This document shows, piece by piece, positions 19,864 to 29,600 of a stretch of 64,000 nt of DNA. Position 1 is the stretch's first letter; every line of letters begins with the position of its first letter. The stretch is from Candidatus Heimdallarchaeum aukensis. Lineage in GTDB: Archaea; Asgardarchaeota; Heimdallarchaeia; Heimdallarchaeales; Heimdallarchaeaceae. The translations under genes were made by a program, and so were the position numbers. The notes beneath the pieces were generated by a model, which did no database searches, had not been told where the DNA came from, and worked only from the letters and a program-made list of their open reading frames with translations. The stretch spans positions 1,344,001 to 1,408,000 of the forward strand of contig CP084166.1 in assembly GCA_021513695.1 (NCBI GenBank), read 5' to 3'.

Positions 19864-21066
19864 ATGAAAATTTTGGAAAATATCTTCAATGTTAATCTCT
19901 ACTTAAATAAGGAAAACATTGACATAAGAAATAAAGAACCTTTAAGAGACCCGTGGGTACAAAATTATATTCCTGAACTTTACATAACCTCTGAGAGGAT
20001 AAACAAAGGTGTTGCAGACATCATTGAAAAGGTATTGATGGGAAATTGCGTGTGTTCAATAATTGGAGACTTTAAATCAGGAAAAACATATTTATCAAAA
20101 CTTTTAGCTGAGGGTTTCAGGCAAAGTTTACATGAGTACTGCTCTTACAACAAATTCTATGTCATTTTTTTGACTCCTGATAATTTTCCAGAAAGATATT
20201 CACTTTCAAACTTCATGAGAATTATTTCACAGGAAGTTTTAGGAAAATACTATCAAAGTAAAGAAAAGATTATAGTTGAACTAAAAAAGCATATTTCAGA
20301 AGAAAATGCACTTTTAATAATTTTTATTGATAACTTCACAAAAGAATCCCTCTTACAGATTCTTAGTGATAGTTTAAAGTTAACAAAGTTACTTAAAAAC
20401 CACTATTCTTGCATTTTCAGTTGTAATCGTCCTGATTATGAACATTGTGCACAGTCTTTAGAGCAGAGATTTGCTTCAACATGCACTTCAAGTTTTCATA
20501 TTCCGACTTTTGATTTAGAACAAGCTACTAAATTACTACAAACTAGATTAAATTACGCTTACATGAAGTCAAATATTGAAATATCAAGCATTTTTAATAG
20601 TGATGTAATAGAAAAAGCATGGATATATTCTGATGGAAATCCATGGATATTACTTGCATTATTCTCAGATTCTTTCGGATACGCCAAATCTGTTGGTGCA
20701 AATAAGGTGACTGAAAAGCATTTAGACAAAGTGCGTTCATTATTTTCACGTAAGAAATTTATTGGAGATTTAGATGATGGTGGAGACAAATTCTTAATTC
20801 AGCAAGCTTTAAACGAATTTCCTAATAGAGAAAGACAAGTTTGTGAGTATTTACTATACAAAGATGCTACTGCAAAAGAAATTACAAAGCATCTATATGG
20901 AGATATTAAAGCTCAGGAATATAGAACAAAATATATGGGTACAAAATCCTTCATCAGAAGATTAAGAGATAAAAATATGATAGTTATCAAAGGAAAAAGA
21001 GGGAGAGCACTGCTTTTTGGTATAAACCCAAATCTTAAGGCTTACTTACAAGAAAAAAAGGTGTAA
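19864..21066 (+). CDS. P-loop NTPase with C-terminal winged-helix domain (distant Orc1/Cdc6-like or archaeal-ATPase family). Function unknown
   Basis: GDFKSGKTYLSKLL is a Walker A motif. LLIIFIDNF is a hydrophobic strand ending in D and is Walker B-like. The C-terminal ~80 aa are basic and wHTH-like. No ORB-like repeats flank the gene. Confidence 0.3.
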   Translation: MKILENIFNVNLYLNKENIDIRNKEPLRDPWVQNYIPELYITSERINKGVADIIEKVLMGNCVCSIIGDFKSGKTYLSKLLAEGFRQSLHEYCSYNKFYVIFLTPDNFPERYSLSNFMRIISQEVLGKYYQSKEKIIVELKKHISEENALLIIFIDNFTKESLLQILSDSLKLTKLLKNHYSCIFSCNRPDYEHCAQSLEQRFASTCTSSFHIPTFDLEQATKLLQTRLNYAYMKSNIEISSIFNSDVIEKAWIYSDGNPWILLALFSDSFGYAKSVGANKVTEKHLDKVRSLFSRKKFIGDLDDGGDKFLIQQALNEFPNRERQVCEYLLYKDATAKEITKHLYGDIKAQEYRTKYMGTKSFIRRLRDKNMIVIKGKRGRALLFGINPNLKAYLQEKKV

Positions 21067-21070
21067 AACC

Positions 21071-22204
21071 TTATTCTATTCTCTTTAAAATAGGTCGTAG
21101 AATAAGAGCTATTATGAAAACTACTATTAGATTAATTAAAAGCAGGTTTGTGTATAGAGTAGCTAAAACGTACCAAGTTTGCATTTTTAAATAAAAGTCA
21201 GATATGTTCAATTGATACCAGTAGTAACTGAATATTCCTAGTACAAATGCAAGAGGAATGTTCAAAGCGAAGTAACTTCCTTCAAAATCAAAAGTTAGAT
21301 CTCCGGTCGTTCCTTGGGCTCTTTGATAAACTATTAATGCTAACCCAATACCGATAACCATTCCAGCAATTGGTAGAACATAGAACACATTAAGAAGAGT
21401 AAACACAGCAAAGTTGTCTACTGTTGTTTTTTGAAATATATGGTTTAAGAACAGTAAATTACTATCACCAAATATCTGTCTAGCTGTCTCTTGTGTAAAT
21501 GTTTCTTTAAACAAGATATTAACGGCTAGTGTCCCAGCTAGAGCTAAAAAGATGATTATTTGTCCAATAATTTCACGTAAATTATTTTCTATAGAAGAAG
21601 AATGCACTCGTCGTCCTAGTATAATAAATATTACCATGTAAATTAATCCAACAACCATAACAATTAAGTCAAAAAATGGAAATGTGTCAAGTGGGTTCCC
21701 TATAGATATATTCTGTACTTGATTGATATAATATTTTTGAAAAGAATCATTAATATATAGTAGCATATTAATTGCCGCACCAAGTATTGCTTGTAAGCCA
21801 AAAATAATTCCTATCCAAGTTAAAGCTGTTTGACCTCTCATTTCGACGGTAGCAAACAAACCTGTAAATAATGCAATTGACAGGTAAATTACAACAATAC
21901 CAACATACCCTACTGTGTTATAACCAGCAGGATTATAGAAACATAATGAAGCTGAAAGAGAAATAACTATAGAAGCAATTATGTTTTTCGCAGTTGCTGA
22001 AGTTAGTACAATTACACTTATCGTAAACAATATCACGGCAGGTGTTACCCATTCAGTAAATGTAGGCATTATACCTAAAAAAGGAATCAACCATTCAGTA
22101 ACTATAACCAAAGCAATTCCGACTACGCTAGAAATAAGAGCTCGTTTACTGATAAATTGACCAGGGTTAAAATATTTTATTTCATTCATTTTTATCATTC
22201 TCAC
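21071..22204 (-). CDS. Polytopic integral membrane protein (about 9-10 TM helices), function unknown
   Basis: 377 aa, dominated by hydrophobic segments. Confidence 0.5.
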   Translation of the reverse strand: MRMIKMNEIKYFNPGQFISKRALISSVVGIALVIVTEWLIPFLGIMPTFTEWVTPAVILFTISVIVLTSATAKNIIASIVISLSASLCFYNPAGYNTVGYVGIVVIYLSIALFTGLFATVEMRGQTALTWIGIIFGLQAILGAAINMLLYINDSFQKYYINQVQNISIGNPLDTFPFFDLIVMVVGLIYMVIFIILGRRVHSSSIENNLREIIGQIIIFLALAGTLAVNILFKETFTQETARQIFGDSNLLFLNHIFQKTTVDNFAVFTLLNVFYVLPIAGMVIGIGLALIVYQRAQGTTGDLTFDFEGSYFALNIPLAFVLGIFSYYWYQLNISDFYLKMQTWYVLATLYTNLLLINLIVVFIIALILRPILKRIE

Positions 22205-22302
22205 ATTATTACTTTACTAAAGTTAAAACTATAAAAGATAAAAAGATTTTGGAAAAATTCTAGGAAAAAAATGTAATACTTTTTTGGTATAGGTGTTAGT
22301 TT

Positions 22303-22689
22303 TTATCTTCTGTAACTATCTCCAACGCTCATCAGAGTAGATCCGATATATGTAAGTAATCCAGATAAACCTGCTATCAAAATTGTCCATATAGGATCAA
22401 TAACTGCACCTAAAGCTTCATTATCACTTTGCCAGATGATTAAGAACACAGTCAGTAATATCAACGCAGCTAACATGAAACCTGTTAAAGTTAGATACGC
22501 ATTTTTTTCTTTTTCTTGATATACCGCAGATACGGAACCTAGAGAAAAACCTCCAAGAATCCCAATACCTAGGTAAAATAAGAAATACCAAAATTGGGGA
22601 TTCGTAAGTTCAACTATTGTTATTATTACACCAAATATTCCTGTAGCCGTTAAAGCTCCTCCTAAAAATGCTGCTGGTTTAGGCATCAA
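22303..22689 (-). CDS. Small integral membrane protein (4 TM)
   Basis: 128 aa, almost entirely hydrophobic helices. Confidence 0.4.
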   Translation of the reverse strand: MMPKPAAFLGGALTATGIFGVIITIVELTNPQFWYFLFYLGIGILGGFSLGSVSAVYQEKEKNAYLTLTGFMLAALILLTVFLIIWQSDNEALGAVIDPIWTILIAGLSGLLTYIGSTLMSVGDSYRR

Positions 22690-22829
22690 TAATCACCATA
22701 TTTTTATTCGCTTAATGGTAAATAGTTTCTCTTGATTTATTAATATTTCTGAATAAAAAATCCTTATCAACCTAAAAATCAATATTAATGTCATATTAAC
22801 TGTTAAATAAAAAATAATGGAAAAAGAGT

Positions 22830-24647
22830 TTATCTCTTTTTTTTCCAAAAGAAAATTATTACACTGAGTGCAAAAATTGAAAATGTCCATGCAAATGGAG
22901 TTGTTTGTGTTGTTTCTTCTTGTAATTCGATTGAAAAGATTACAGAAACAGTATAATTGTTTCCAGCTTTGTCAGTTACAGTAATCTTGGCCTCGAAATC
23001 TCCAGAAGAAATATACTGATGAGCAGCTGAATATGAATTTGTTGCATTCCAGACCGTTCCATCTCCCCAGTCTATGTAGACATAGGCTACACCAAAGTTG
23101 TCTTCATAATTAAAGAATAGTTCTACATAACCATCGGTGCTTTTGGATATAGAAGTATTAGTTGATTTAGGATCTATTGAAAGCGTTGGATTTTCTAAAT
23201 CTATATAGATTAAACTAGAAATATTCTCTGACGTACCAAGTGTTGTTTCAACGTATAAAGACACATTATACACTTCTGATTCATTGGCAAAACTATGAAC
23301 AGTCGACATTTTTTCAAAATCAGTTATATTCTCTGTGTTTCCATCACCAAAATTGAAAAATATTTCAGAGATATCTCCCTTTGCTAGTTGAATTGTATAG
23401 TTGAAGGTAATTGTATTGTAGTTAAAGTATGTTTGACTACGAGGTAAGAGAGTCAATTTAGGCTTTGAGTCATATATTTGTAACTCGTGGAATTCCCCTT
23501 CTGTTTCATTGTATTGTTCACCATAGTATAAATTAAATGCTCGGAAATAAACCACATTTCCTACATTGAACTTACCTAAATTAAATCTATATTCACGTAT
23601 TGTATCATTCCACCCATCTGAATTAGTAACATTTGTTTCATTTATTAAAACACCATTAGTTAAATCAGTCAAAGGAACAATCTCTGTTCGATTTGTTTCG
23701 CTTTCCTCAACTTTGTAGCTTATTCCAAATTCATCATTCTTTGTTTCATTTAAAGTTTGTAAAATTACAATTACATCGTCAATATCTGTGTAATAATCAC
23801 TTTCTTCAGGGTATGATTCAAAGTTAAAACCATTTTGTAATCTATATATTTGCAGTTCTCCTGTTTCTGCATTCAAATCCCATCCAGCAGAATTATTTGC
23901 AGCAAAATAGATCATTCTTTCAGTGAGATTAAAAGATATTGTATAAACAGGAAAGCCTGTTCCAGTATCATTAGTTTCATAGTCCATTTCAAGGAAGGTT
24001 ACTCCTTCATAATTAGTTAAGTTTGCATTAGAAATTCTATCTCTATAAACAGAGAGAGCTAATGTAACCTTATCTGCTGGATTTCCATTTCTTACAATAT
24101 ATTTTAATGTGATTGTTTGATTAAGTTCAGCTAAAAATGCATTAGTACCAACTTTTGGTAATGAGATTATATCTTCGTCAAGATATGGAGGATGTATGCT
24201 GTTACGAGCATAAATGTAGTGCCATGCATCCATATGATTAAAGACTGGTAAATCTTCATAAGTTCCGTTTGTAATCTCTCCACTCCATGCATATCCTTTG
24301 AACTTTGTATTCTCTGTTAGATTAAAGACTCCGCTATAGTAGGATAGATCTCTATAGGAATGAGAATAATTTAGCGCTAATGCTGAATTTAAATCGGTTG
24401 TTAAACCTGAGCCTTCACCAACAAGAAATACTCCATCAATACCAGCGAATCTTGGAACTGTATAATTTACTGTAATCAATGTTCCATTTTCAATAGAAAA
24501 ACCTGCGGGAGTATATTCCTTTAACTTTGGTGCAGGAACATTGTTCGCTGAGATTTTAATTGTTTGGTTAAATACAACCATCATTGATAATGAAATAACT
24601 AATACAAGTATCAACGTACCTTCTTTTCTCTTGTTCATACTCTTCAC
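22830..24647 (-). CDS. Secreted cell-surface protein with two PKD domains, many N-glycosylation sequons and a C-terminal TM anchor
   Basis: Signal peptide. FNFGDGNTE and IDWGDGTVWNATNSYSAAHQY...ITVTDKAGN are PKD WxFGDG motifs. C-terminal anchor FAWTFSIFALSVIIFFWKKKR. Confidence 0.65.
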   Translation of the reverse strand: MKSMNKRKEGTLILVLVISLSMMVVFNQTIKISANNVPAPKLKEYTPAGFSIENGTLITVNYTVPRFAGIDGVFLVGEGSGLTTDLNSALALNYSHSYRDLSYYSGVFNLTENTKFKGYAWSGEITNGTYEDLPVFNHMDAWHYIYARNSIHPPYLDEDIISLPKVGTNAFLAELNQTITLKYIVRNGNPADKVTLALSVYRDRISNANLTNYEGVTFLEMDYETNDTGTGFPVYTISFNLTERMIYFAANNSAGWDLNAETGELQIYRLQNGFNFESYPEESDYYTDIDDVIVILQTLNETKNDEFGISYKVEESETNRTEIVPLTDLTNGVLINETNVTNSDGWNDTIREYRFNLGKFNVGNVVYFRAFNLYYGEQYNETEGEFHELQIYDSKPKLTLLPRSQTYFNYNTITFNYTIQLAKGDISEIFFNFGDGNTENITDFEKMSTVHSFANESEVYNVSLYVETTLGTSENISSLIYIDLENPTLSIDPKSTNTSISKSTDGYVELFFNYEDNFGVAYVYIDWGDGTVWNATNSYSAAHQYISSGDFEAKITVTDKAGNNYTVSVIFSIELQEETTQTTPFAWTFSIFALSVIIFFWKKKR

Positions 24648-24724
24648 TCAAACATTGCTTGGCTTTCTATTAGATAAGTATTTTTATTCTTTTTGTCTTG
24701 AACTTAATTTTATTATTTATCCAC

Positions 24725-24745
24725 ATATAAAAATATAAATAAATA
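24725..24745 (+). promoter_or_regulatory. TATA-like A/T box upstream of glnA. Candidate archaeal promoter
   Basis: atataaaaatataaataaat lies about 40-60 nt upstream of the ATG. AGGTGG (24774-24779) is a Shine-Dalgarno-like motif 4 nt before the start. Confidence 0.25.
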
Positions 24746-24783
24746 TCTCCGAAAGGAGTGTAAGGACATATTTAGGTGGAAAA

Positions 24784-26079
24784 ATGCAAGACTTCGAACA
24801 GATTTTTAAAGATAAAGAGATTGAATATATTCAGTTTCAGTTTACTACAATTTTCGGAGACCTTAAAGCCGTTGAATTTCCAGTAAAAATTTGGGATAGC
24901 ATGAAAAATGGTACAGGAGTAGACGGTTCCTCATTAGGTTTTCTTAGTACTGAACAAAGCGATATGAAAGCAGTACCTGATTATTCTACATTCGCTATTT
25001 TACCTTGGGAACCTAGAGTAGCAAGGTTTATCTGTGACATGTATGATAACCATGGAAACCCTCATCCTGCAGACCCAAGAAGCATATTAAAGAGCGTGAT
25101 AAATAAAGCAGAAAAGATGGGTTTTAACTATAAAACCAGACCAGAACTAGAATTCTATTTTCTTGATTCAGAAGGAGAACCTTTTGACAATGGGCTATAT
25201 ATGGACACTGGTCCATTTGACCCTTTAGCAAGTCTTAGGAGAGAAATAACTGATGATATGATCGAAATGGGAATGGGCGTTAAAACTATTCATCATGAAT
25301 GTGGAAATGGTCAACATGAGGTTGAATTCACAACATTAGATGCTTTACATCAAGCAGACAACGTTCAAACAGCTAAATTAATTGCAAAAACAAGAGCATT
25401 ATTCAATGGAGTAATATGTACATTTATGGCTAAACCCATTTTAGATCAAGCTGGAAGCGGATTACATATTCATCAATATTTGACCAGGGATGGAGAAAAT
25501 GCTTTTTCTGATGAAAAAGAAAAAATAAGTGACACATTAAAATTCTTTGTTGGAGGGATATTAGAACATGTCGACGAAATAACAGCTTTTCTTAACCCCA
25601 CAACAAATTCATACAAGAGACTTGTACCAGGACATGAAGCTCCTGTTTATAAATCATGGGGAGTAGGAAATCGGACTGCGCTAATAAGAGTTCCAGGATA
25701 TGAAAATAAAGCAAGAATTGAATACAGAGCTGCTGATGCTGCAACAAATATATATCTTGCAAGCGCTCTATTACTGGCAGCAGGATTAGATGGAATAGAG
25801 AAAAAGATAGAACCGATTAAACCTACTACTAAAAACATAGAGAAACTTTCAGACAAAGAGAGAGAAGAGATGAAAATTACTGGATTACCAAGAACACTAG
25901 AAGAAGCATTAAACTATACAGAAAAAAGTTCATTTGTACGTGAAATTCTTGGAGATCTTATAGTAGATATTTTCATCAGAGAAAAAAGAAAAGAGATAAA
26001 GAAACTTAATTCTACAAATCCTAAAAACGATTATGATGAATTAACCTGGGAATACGAGCAGTACCTTGAGAGAGTTTAA
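24784..26079 (+). CDS. glnA: Glutamine synthetase (GSI-alpha type)
   Basis: MAKPILDQAGSGLHIHQ is the ATP-binding region. NRTALIRVP is the conserved NRSAxIRIP motif. Length is 431 aa. Confidence 0.85.
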   Translation: MQDFEQIFKDKEIEYIQFQFTTIFGDLKAVEFPVKIWDSMKNGTGVDGSSLGFLSTEQSDMKAVPDYSTFAILPWEPRVARFICDMYDNHGNPHPADPRSILKSVINKAEKMGFNYKTRPELEFYFLDSEGEPFDNGLYMDTGPFDPLASLRREITDDMIEMGMGVKTIHHECGNGQHEVEFTTLDALHQADNVQTAKLIAKTRALFNGVICTFMAKPILDQAGSGLHIHQYLTRDGENAFSDEKEKISDTLKFFVGGILEHVDEITAFLNPTTNSYKRLVPGHEAPVYKSWGVGNRTALIRVPGYENKARIEYRAADAATNIYLASALLLAAGLDGIEKKIEPIKPTTKNIEKLSDKEREEMKITGLPRTLEEALNYTEKSSFVREILGDLIVDIFIREKRKEIKKLNSTNPKNDYDELTWEYEQYLERV

Positions 26080-26098
26080 CTTTTCTTTTTTTTTCATT
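26080..26098 (+). terminator. Oligo-T tract (cttttctttttttttc) immediately after the glnA stop. Archaeal intrinsic terminator candidate
   Basis: A T-run directly follows the TAA. Confidence 0.4.
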
Positions 26099-26257
26099 CA
26101 TCTTTTTGTAAATCTTAATAAATGATATTTACACATTATTACTAAAGAGGAATGGTGATATATTCTGCAATTCAAAAGAAGTGACGTTTTTAACTTAGAG
26201 TCAATTGAAGTTTCTCTACCAATAAGATTTCGAAATATAATTCTAAAGAAGCTTTAT

Positions 26258-28228
26258 TTGTTCCGAGAACTAAATGTTCAAAAAATTGCAGAACAACTAA
26301 CAATTGTCCCAGAAGAGATTAAAGAATACATACGCTTTCTTATTCAAAGCATGGTTTTGAGAGGTTTTTATAAAAAAGAAACATTTTATGTAAATGCTTT
26401 TTATTTGTGGCCATTTGTTGAATCAGTAAATTTTAATGAAAGTCAGTATATAATTATGGGGTTATTGTCTTCGAGAAGAGTTATGCCTTTTACAGATGTA
26501 GCTAATTTTTTAAAAATAACTAAAGAGCAATTAATAGCACAACTAGAGACTTTAATTTATCATGGAGTTGTAATTTGTTACATTAAAAGAAATAAAATAA
26601 TTACTGACTGGCTATGGAGACCACCAGATGAAATTAAAGTCTCTGAACAAGATGTTCATATAATTGGAACTGCAATGATGCTTAGAAAAGCTAAAATCAA
26701 AGATATTGCTAAATTTTTAAAATATTCTGAAGAAGAAGTTGTCCAGAAAATTTCTAAATTGCTACTTTTTAGAAAGGTAGAAGCTGAATTTATCCTTAAA
26801 ACTAAATTTTTTGCTAAAGATACCATATCAATTATTGTTAGAAAATTCATTATTCAACCAGAAAAGAAAGAACTGAGCTTACTTCCAGTAAACGAAAAGG
26901 AAATCATAGGATTTCTTTTATTAACAAAAAAAGCGAAGTTAAAATCGATAAGCCGATTTATAGAAAAACCAATTAATGAAACAGTAAAACTACTAGCTTC
27001 ATTAACAGCAAAAGGAACATTTCAATTCATTTTTTCATCAAAGAAAACAGTTAGCCCCGTTATAATACCAGATATAAAACCTAAAAGAACTATTGAAGAA
27101 ATGGCTTCATTATCTTTCTTTAACTATGAAGCATTGTTAGGTATGTTAACTACAAGAAAGAGGATAAAAGTCAAGAAACTCTCTTTTTGGATGAATAGAG
27201 AAGACGACGAAATAATCGAGGCATTAATTAACTTATATTTGGAAGGATTCATTTCATGTACTTTGGTAAAGAAGGTAGTATATATTGAAGGGATATATCA
27301 ATATAGTAGAACACAAGAGGGAAGTTTAGAACGGTGGGAAAAAATAATTCTAGGAATGGTTATAGCTAAAACCATAATCTCTGTAAAAGATATTAGTAAA
27401 TCATTTGGTACTGATAAACTTATAGCACGTGAAAAACTGTATTCTTTTTATGGAAAGGGTCTAATAAAAGGAGAACTACATGATTTTAGAATTAATACAA
27501 AATTAATTCCAGAGGAAATTCCTGTGTTTCCTCCTTTGAATCAAATCGAAGATTTTCCAATTCACTATCAAGAAATTTTTGGATATATTATTTCAAATAT
27601 TACTGTAAACGTTTCAAAAATGGCTAAAATATGGAACAAAAGCAAAAACGCGATTAAAAATATTATTTATGAATTAACAGGGGCTGGTGTAATTAATGTC
27701 ATACAAAATCGTAACGTCTTTATTCTACAATCAGCTCAAAAATATTATCCAACACAAGAAATAAACGCTTTAGGACATGAATATGTTCAGATTATAAATG
27801 AAATTGAAAAAAGCAGGAGAAGAAGAGTAAGAATTGAGCACATTCAAAAACGAGTAAACATCCCTCAGATCGATATTTTCAAGATTATTTGTCAATTATT
27901 AGCTCATGGCTACTATAGAGGAACAATTTCTGAAAAAGTTTTTATTAGAAAAGGAAAGCTTATTGTTCCTGTTGGCAAACTCAAATGCTATTACTGCGGA
28001 CATACTATAGAAGACAGTCACCTATCATGTCCAAATTGTTCAAAGGCACAACCATTGTGTATCATCTGTAACGGGTTAATAAAAAGAGGACAAGAAGTTC
28101 TAGAATGTCCCAATTGTGAAAATGTTGGACATAAAGAACATATGCGAAAATGGATTTCTATAAAGGAAGAATGCCCAATTTGTAAAACTCAAATATCAAA
28201 GAGAAATCTAATAGAAAAAGTAGCGTAA
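26258..28228 (+). CDS. Multi-winged-helix protein (about 8 tandem ~60-70 aa WH-like repeats) with a C-terminal zinc ribbon plus a RING-like cross-brace candidate
   Basis: Recurrent units are visible, for example IYHGVVICYIKRNKIITDWLW, LLLFRKVEAEFILKTKFFAKD, LTAKGTFQFIFSSKKT, YLEGFISCTLVKKVVYIEG, YGKGLIKGELHDFRIN, TGAGVINVIQNRNVFILQ and LLAHGYYRGTISEKVFIRKG. The C-terminus is CYYC...CPNC...CIIC-x11-CPNC-x4-H-x2-H-x10-CPIC. Confidence 0.45.
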   Translation: MFRELNVQKIAEQLTIVPEEIKEYIRFLIQSMVLRGFYKKETFYVNAFYLWPFVESVNFNESQYIIMGLLSSRRVMPFTDVANFLKITKEQLIAQLETLIYHGVVICYIKRNKIITDWLWRPPDEIKVSEQDVHIIGTAMMLRKAKIKDIAKFLKYSEEEVVQKISKLLLFRKVEAEFILKTKFFAKDTISIIVRKFIIQPEKKELSLLPVNEKEIIGFLLLTKKAKLKSISRFIEKPINETVKLLASLTAKGTFQFIFSSKKTVSPVIIPDIKPKRTIEEMASLSFFNYEALLGMLTTRKRIKVKKLSFWMNREDDEIIEALINLYLEGFISCTLVKKVVYIEGIYQYSRTQEGSLERWEKIILGMVIAKTIISVKDISKSFGTDKLIAREKLYSFYGKGLIKGELHDFRINTKLIPEEIPVFPPLNQIEDFPIHYQEIFGYIISNITVNVSKMAKIWNKSKNAIKNIIYELTGAGVINVIQNRNVFILQSAQKYYPTQEINALGHEYVQIINEIEKSRRRRVRIEHIQKRVNIPQIDIFKIICQLLAHGYYRGTISEKVFIRKGKLIVPVGKLKCYYCGHTIEDSHLSCPNCSKAQPLCIICNGLIKRGQEVLECPNCENVGHKEHMRKWISIKEECPICKTQISKRNLIEKVA

Positions 28229-28252
28229 ATAATCTAAAAAGCGATATTATTT

Positions 28253-28996
28253 CTAATTTTTCTTTTTCACGTACTTATCAGAAACTATAGTACCATCATG
28301 CATTGTAATTTGCCTTTGAGCTAGTTTTGCTTGTTTTGTGTTATGTGTTACAAAAATTAATGTTTTTTCTTTCTCTTTTGCGATATCCAGTAATAGATTC
28401 ATTATACTATTTCCAGTTTTACTATCTAGATTACCAGTTGGTTCGTCTGCCAATATTATTTTTGGGTCATTTGCTAAGCTTCTAGCTATAGCAACTCTTT
28501 GCTGTTCTCCTCCTGACAGTTGATCTGGTTTATGATCTCCTCTTTCTTCTAGTCCAACTAATTCCAATAATTCTTTAACCCTTTTTTTCCTAAATTCTTT
28601 TGGTTTTTTTGCGAGTATTAAAGGCATTTCAATATTTTTTGCAGCATTAAGTTCTTCTAATAAGTTAAACTGTTGAAAAACATATCCCAAAGTGTCTCTT
28701 CTTAAACGACTTAATTCTTTTTCAGAGAGAGCAGCTAAATTTTTTCCTTCAATAAAAATTGACCCCTTATCAGGATAATCCAAAGCACCAATTAGATTTA
28801 AGAGTGTAGTTTTACCACTTCCAGACATTCCTACTATTGATATTATTTCGCCTTCATTAATTGATAAGTTAATATTTGATAATGCATTAACAACAGTATC
28901 TCCTAATCTATATCGTTTATGCAAGTTTTTAATGACCAAAATGTGCTTTCCATAAGTAGTTTCTTCATTTGGTTTTTTCTTCATTATCTGAAACAT
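28253..28996 (-). CDS. ABC transporter ATP-binding protein (MacB/LolD-like family). It is orphan, with no permease adjacent
   Basis: Walker A is GMSGSGKTT. The signature is LSGGEQQRVAIARSL. Walker B is IILADEPTGNLD. H-loop is VTHN. Confidence 0.85.
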   Translation of the reverse strand: MFQIMKKKPNEETTYGKHILVIKNLHKRYRLGDTVVNALSNINLSINEGEIISIVGMSGSGKTTLLNLIGALDYPDKGSIFIEGKNLAALSEKELSRLRRDTLGYVFQQFNLLEELNAAKNIEMPLILAKKPKEFRKKRVKELLELVGLEERGDHKPDQLSGGEQQRVAIARSLANDPKIILADEPTGNLDSKTGNSIMNLLLDIAKEKEKTLIFVTHNTKQAKLAQRQITMHDGTIVSDKYVKKKN

Positions 28997-29339
28997 CTAA
29001 ATCTCTCTCTTTACGCACATTATTTAATTTTTCTCTTGGAAATCGGTCTTTCATTATTTTGAGTTCTTCCATCCATGCTTTCTCTAGATCGACATCTAAA
29101 ATCAAAGAAAGTTGCAATAGTAAAGTGAATGATTGAGCCAATTCTCTTTGTAGATCATGTTTATTAGGTTTTTTATGTCCCATTGATTCTGTCTTATATT
29201 CTATATCAAAAAGGATGTGCTTTCCTACTTCACCAAGTTCTTCGATTAAATGAATAAAAACTGCATGTGCCGGAAAGTTCAACCAATCTCTTTGAATCAA
29301 AAATTCTCTTAATTCATTTATAATTTCTTTGAATTTCAT
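28965..29339 (-). CDS. MazG-like nucleoside triphosphate pyrophosphohydrolase (small all-alpha NTP-PPase). It overlaps the ABC ATPase gene by 32 nt
   Basis: 124 aa. IEELGEVGKH carries the EExxE metal-binding motif. It is helical and acidic. Confidence 0.5.
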   Translation of the reverse strand: MKFKEIINELREFLIQRDWLNFPAHAVFIHLIEELGEVGKHILFDIEYKTESMGHKKPNKHDLQRELAQSFTLLLQLSLILDVDLEKAWMEELKIMKDRFPREKLNNVRKERDLDVSDNEEKTK

Positions 29340-29600
29340 ATAAAAGATGTGTCTTAATAATATTTATAAATATCCGTTTTATTATATTATAAAATTGTAC
29401 AAATATAAATTGAGAAAAAAGGTCACTATAAAAAAGAAAGAAAAGATTACAGAATAATATTTCTGCATGACAATGTAATTCGATATTTGAAAAAGATTAT
29501 TAGGAAGGTAATCAAAGAAACAAACAATTACTGGTGTATCATGTTCGTTAAAAGGTTTGAAGCTAAACTATCAGCAGAATAAAGGGGTGTTTAATCTAGT

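Noticed and set aside
22693-22890. 65 aa minus-strand ORF overlapping the start of the PKD surface-protein gene
   Set aside because: It overlaps the signal-peptide region of the 605 aa gene in another frame with no supporting features. It is probably spurious. The true start of the 605 aa protein may differ slightly.
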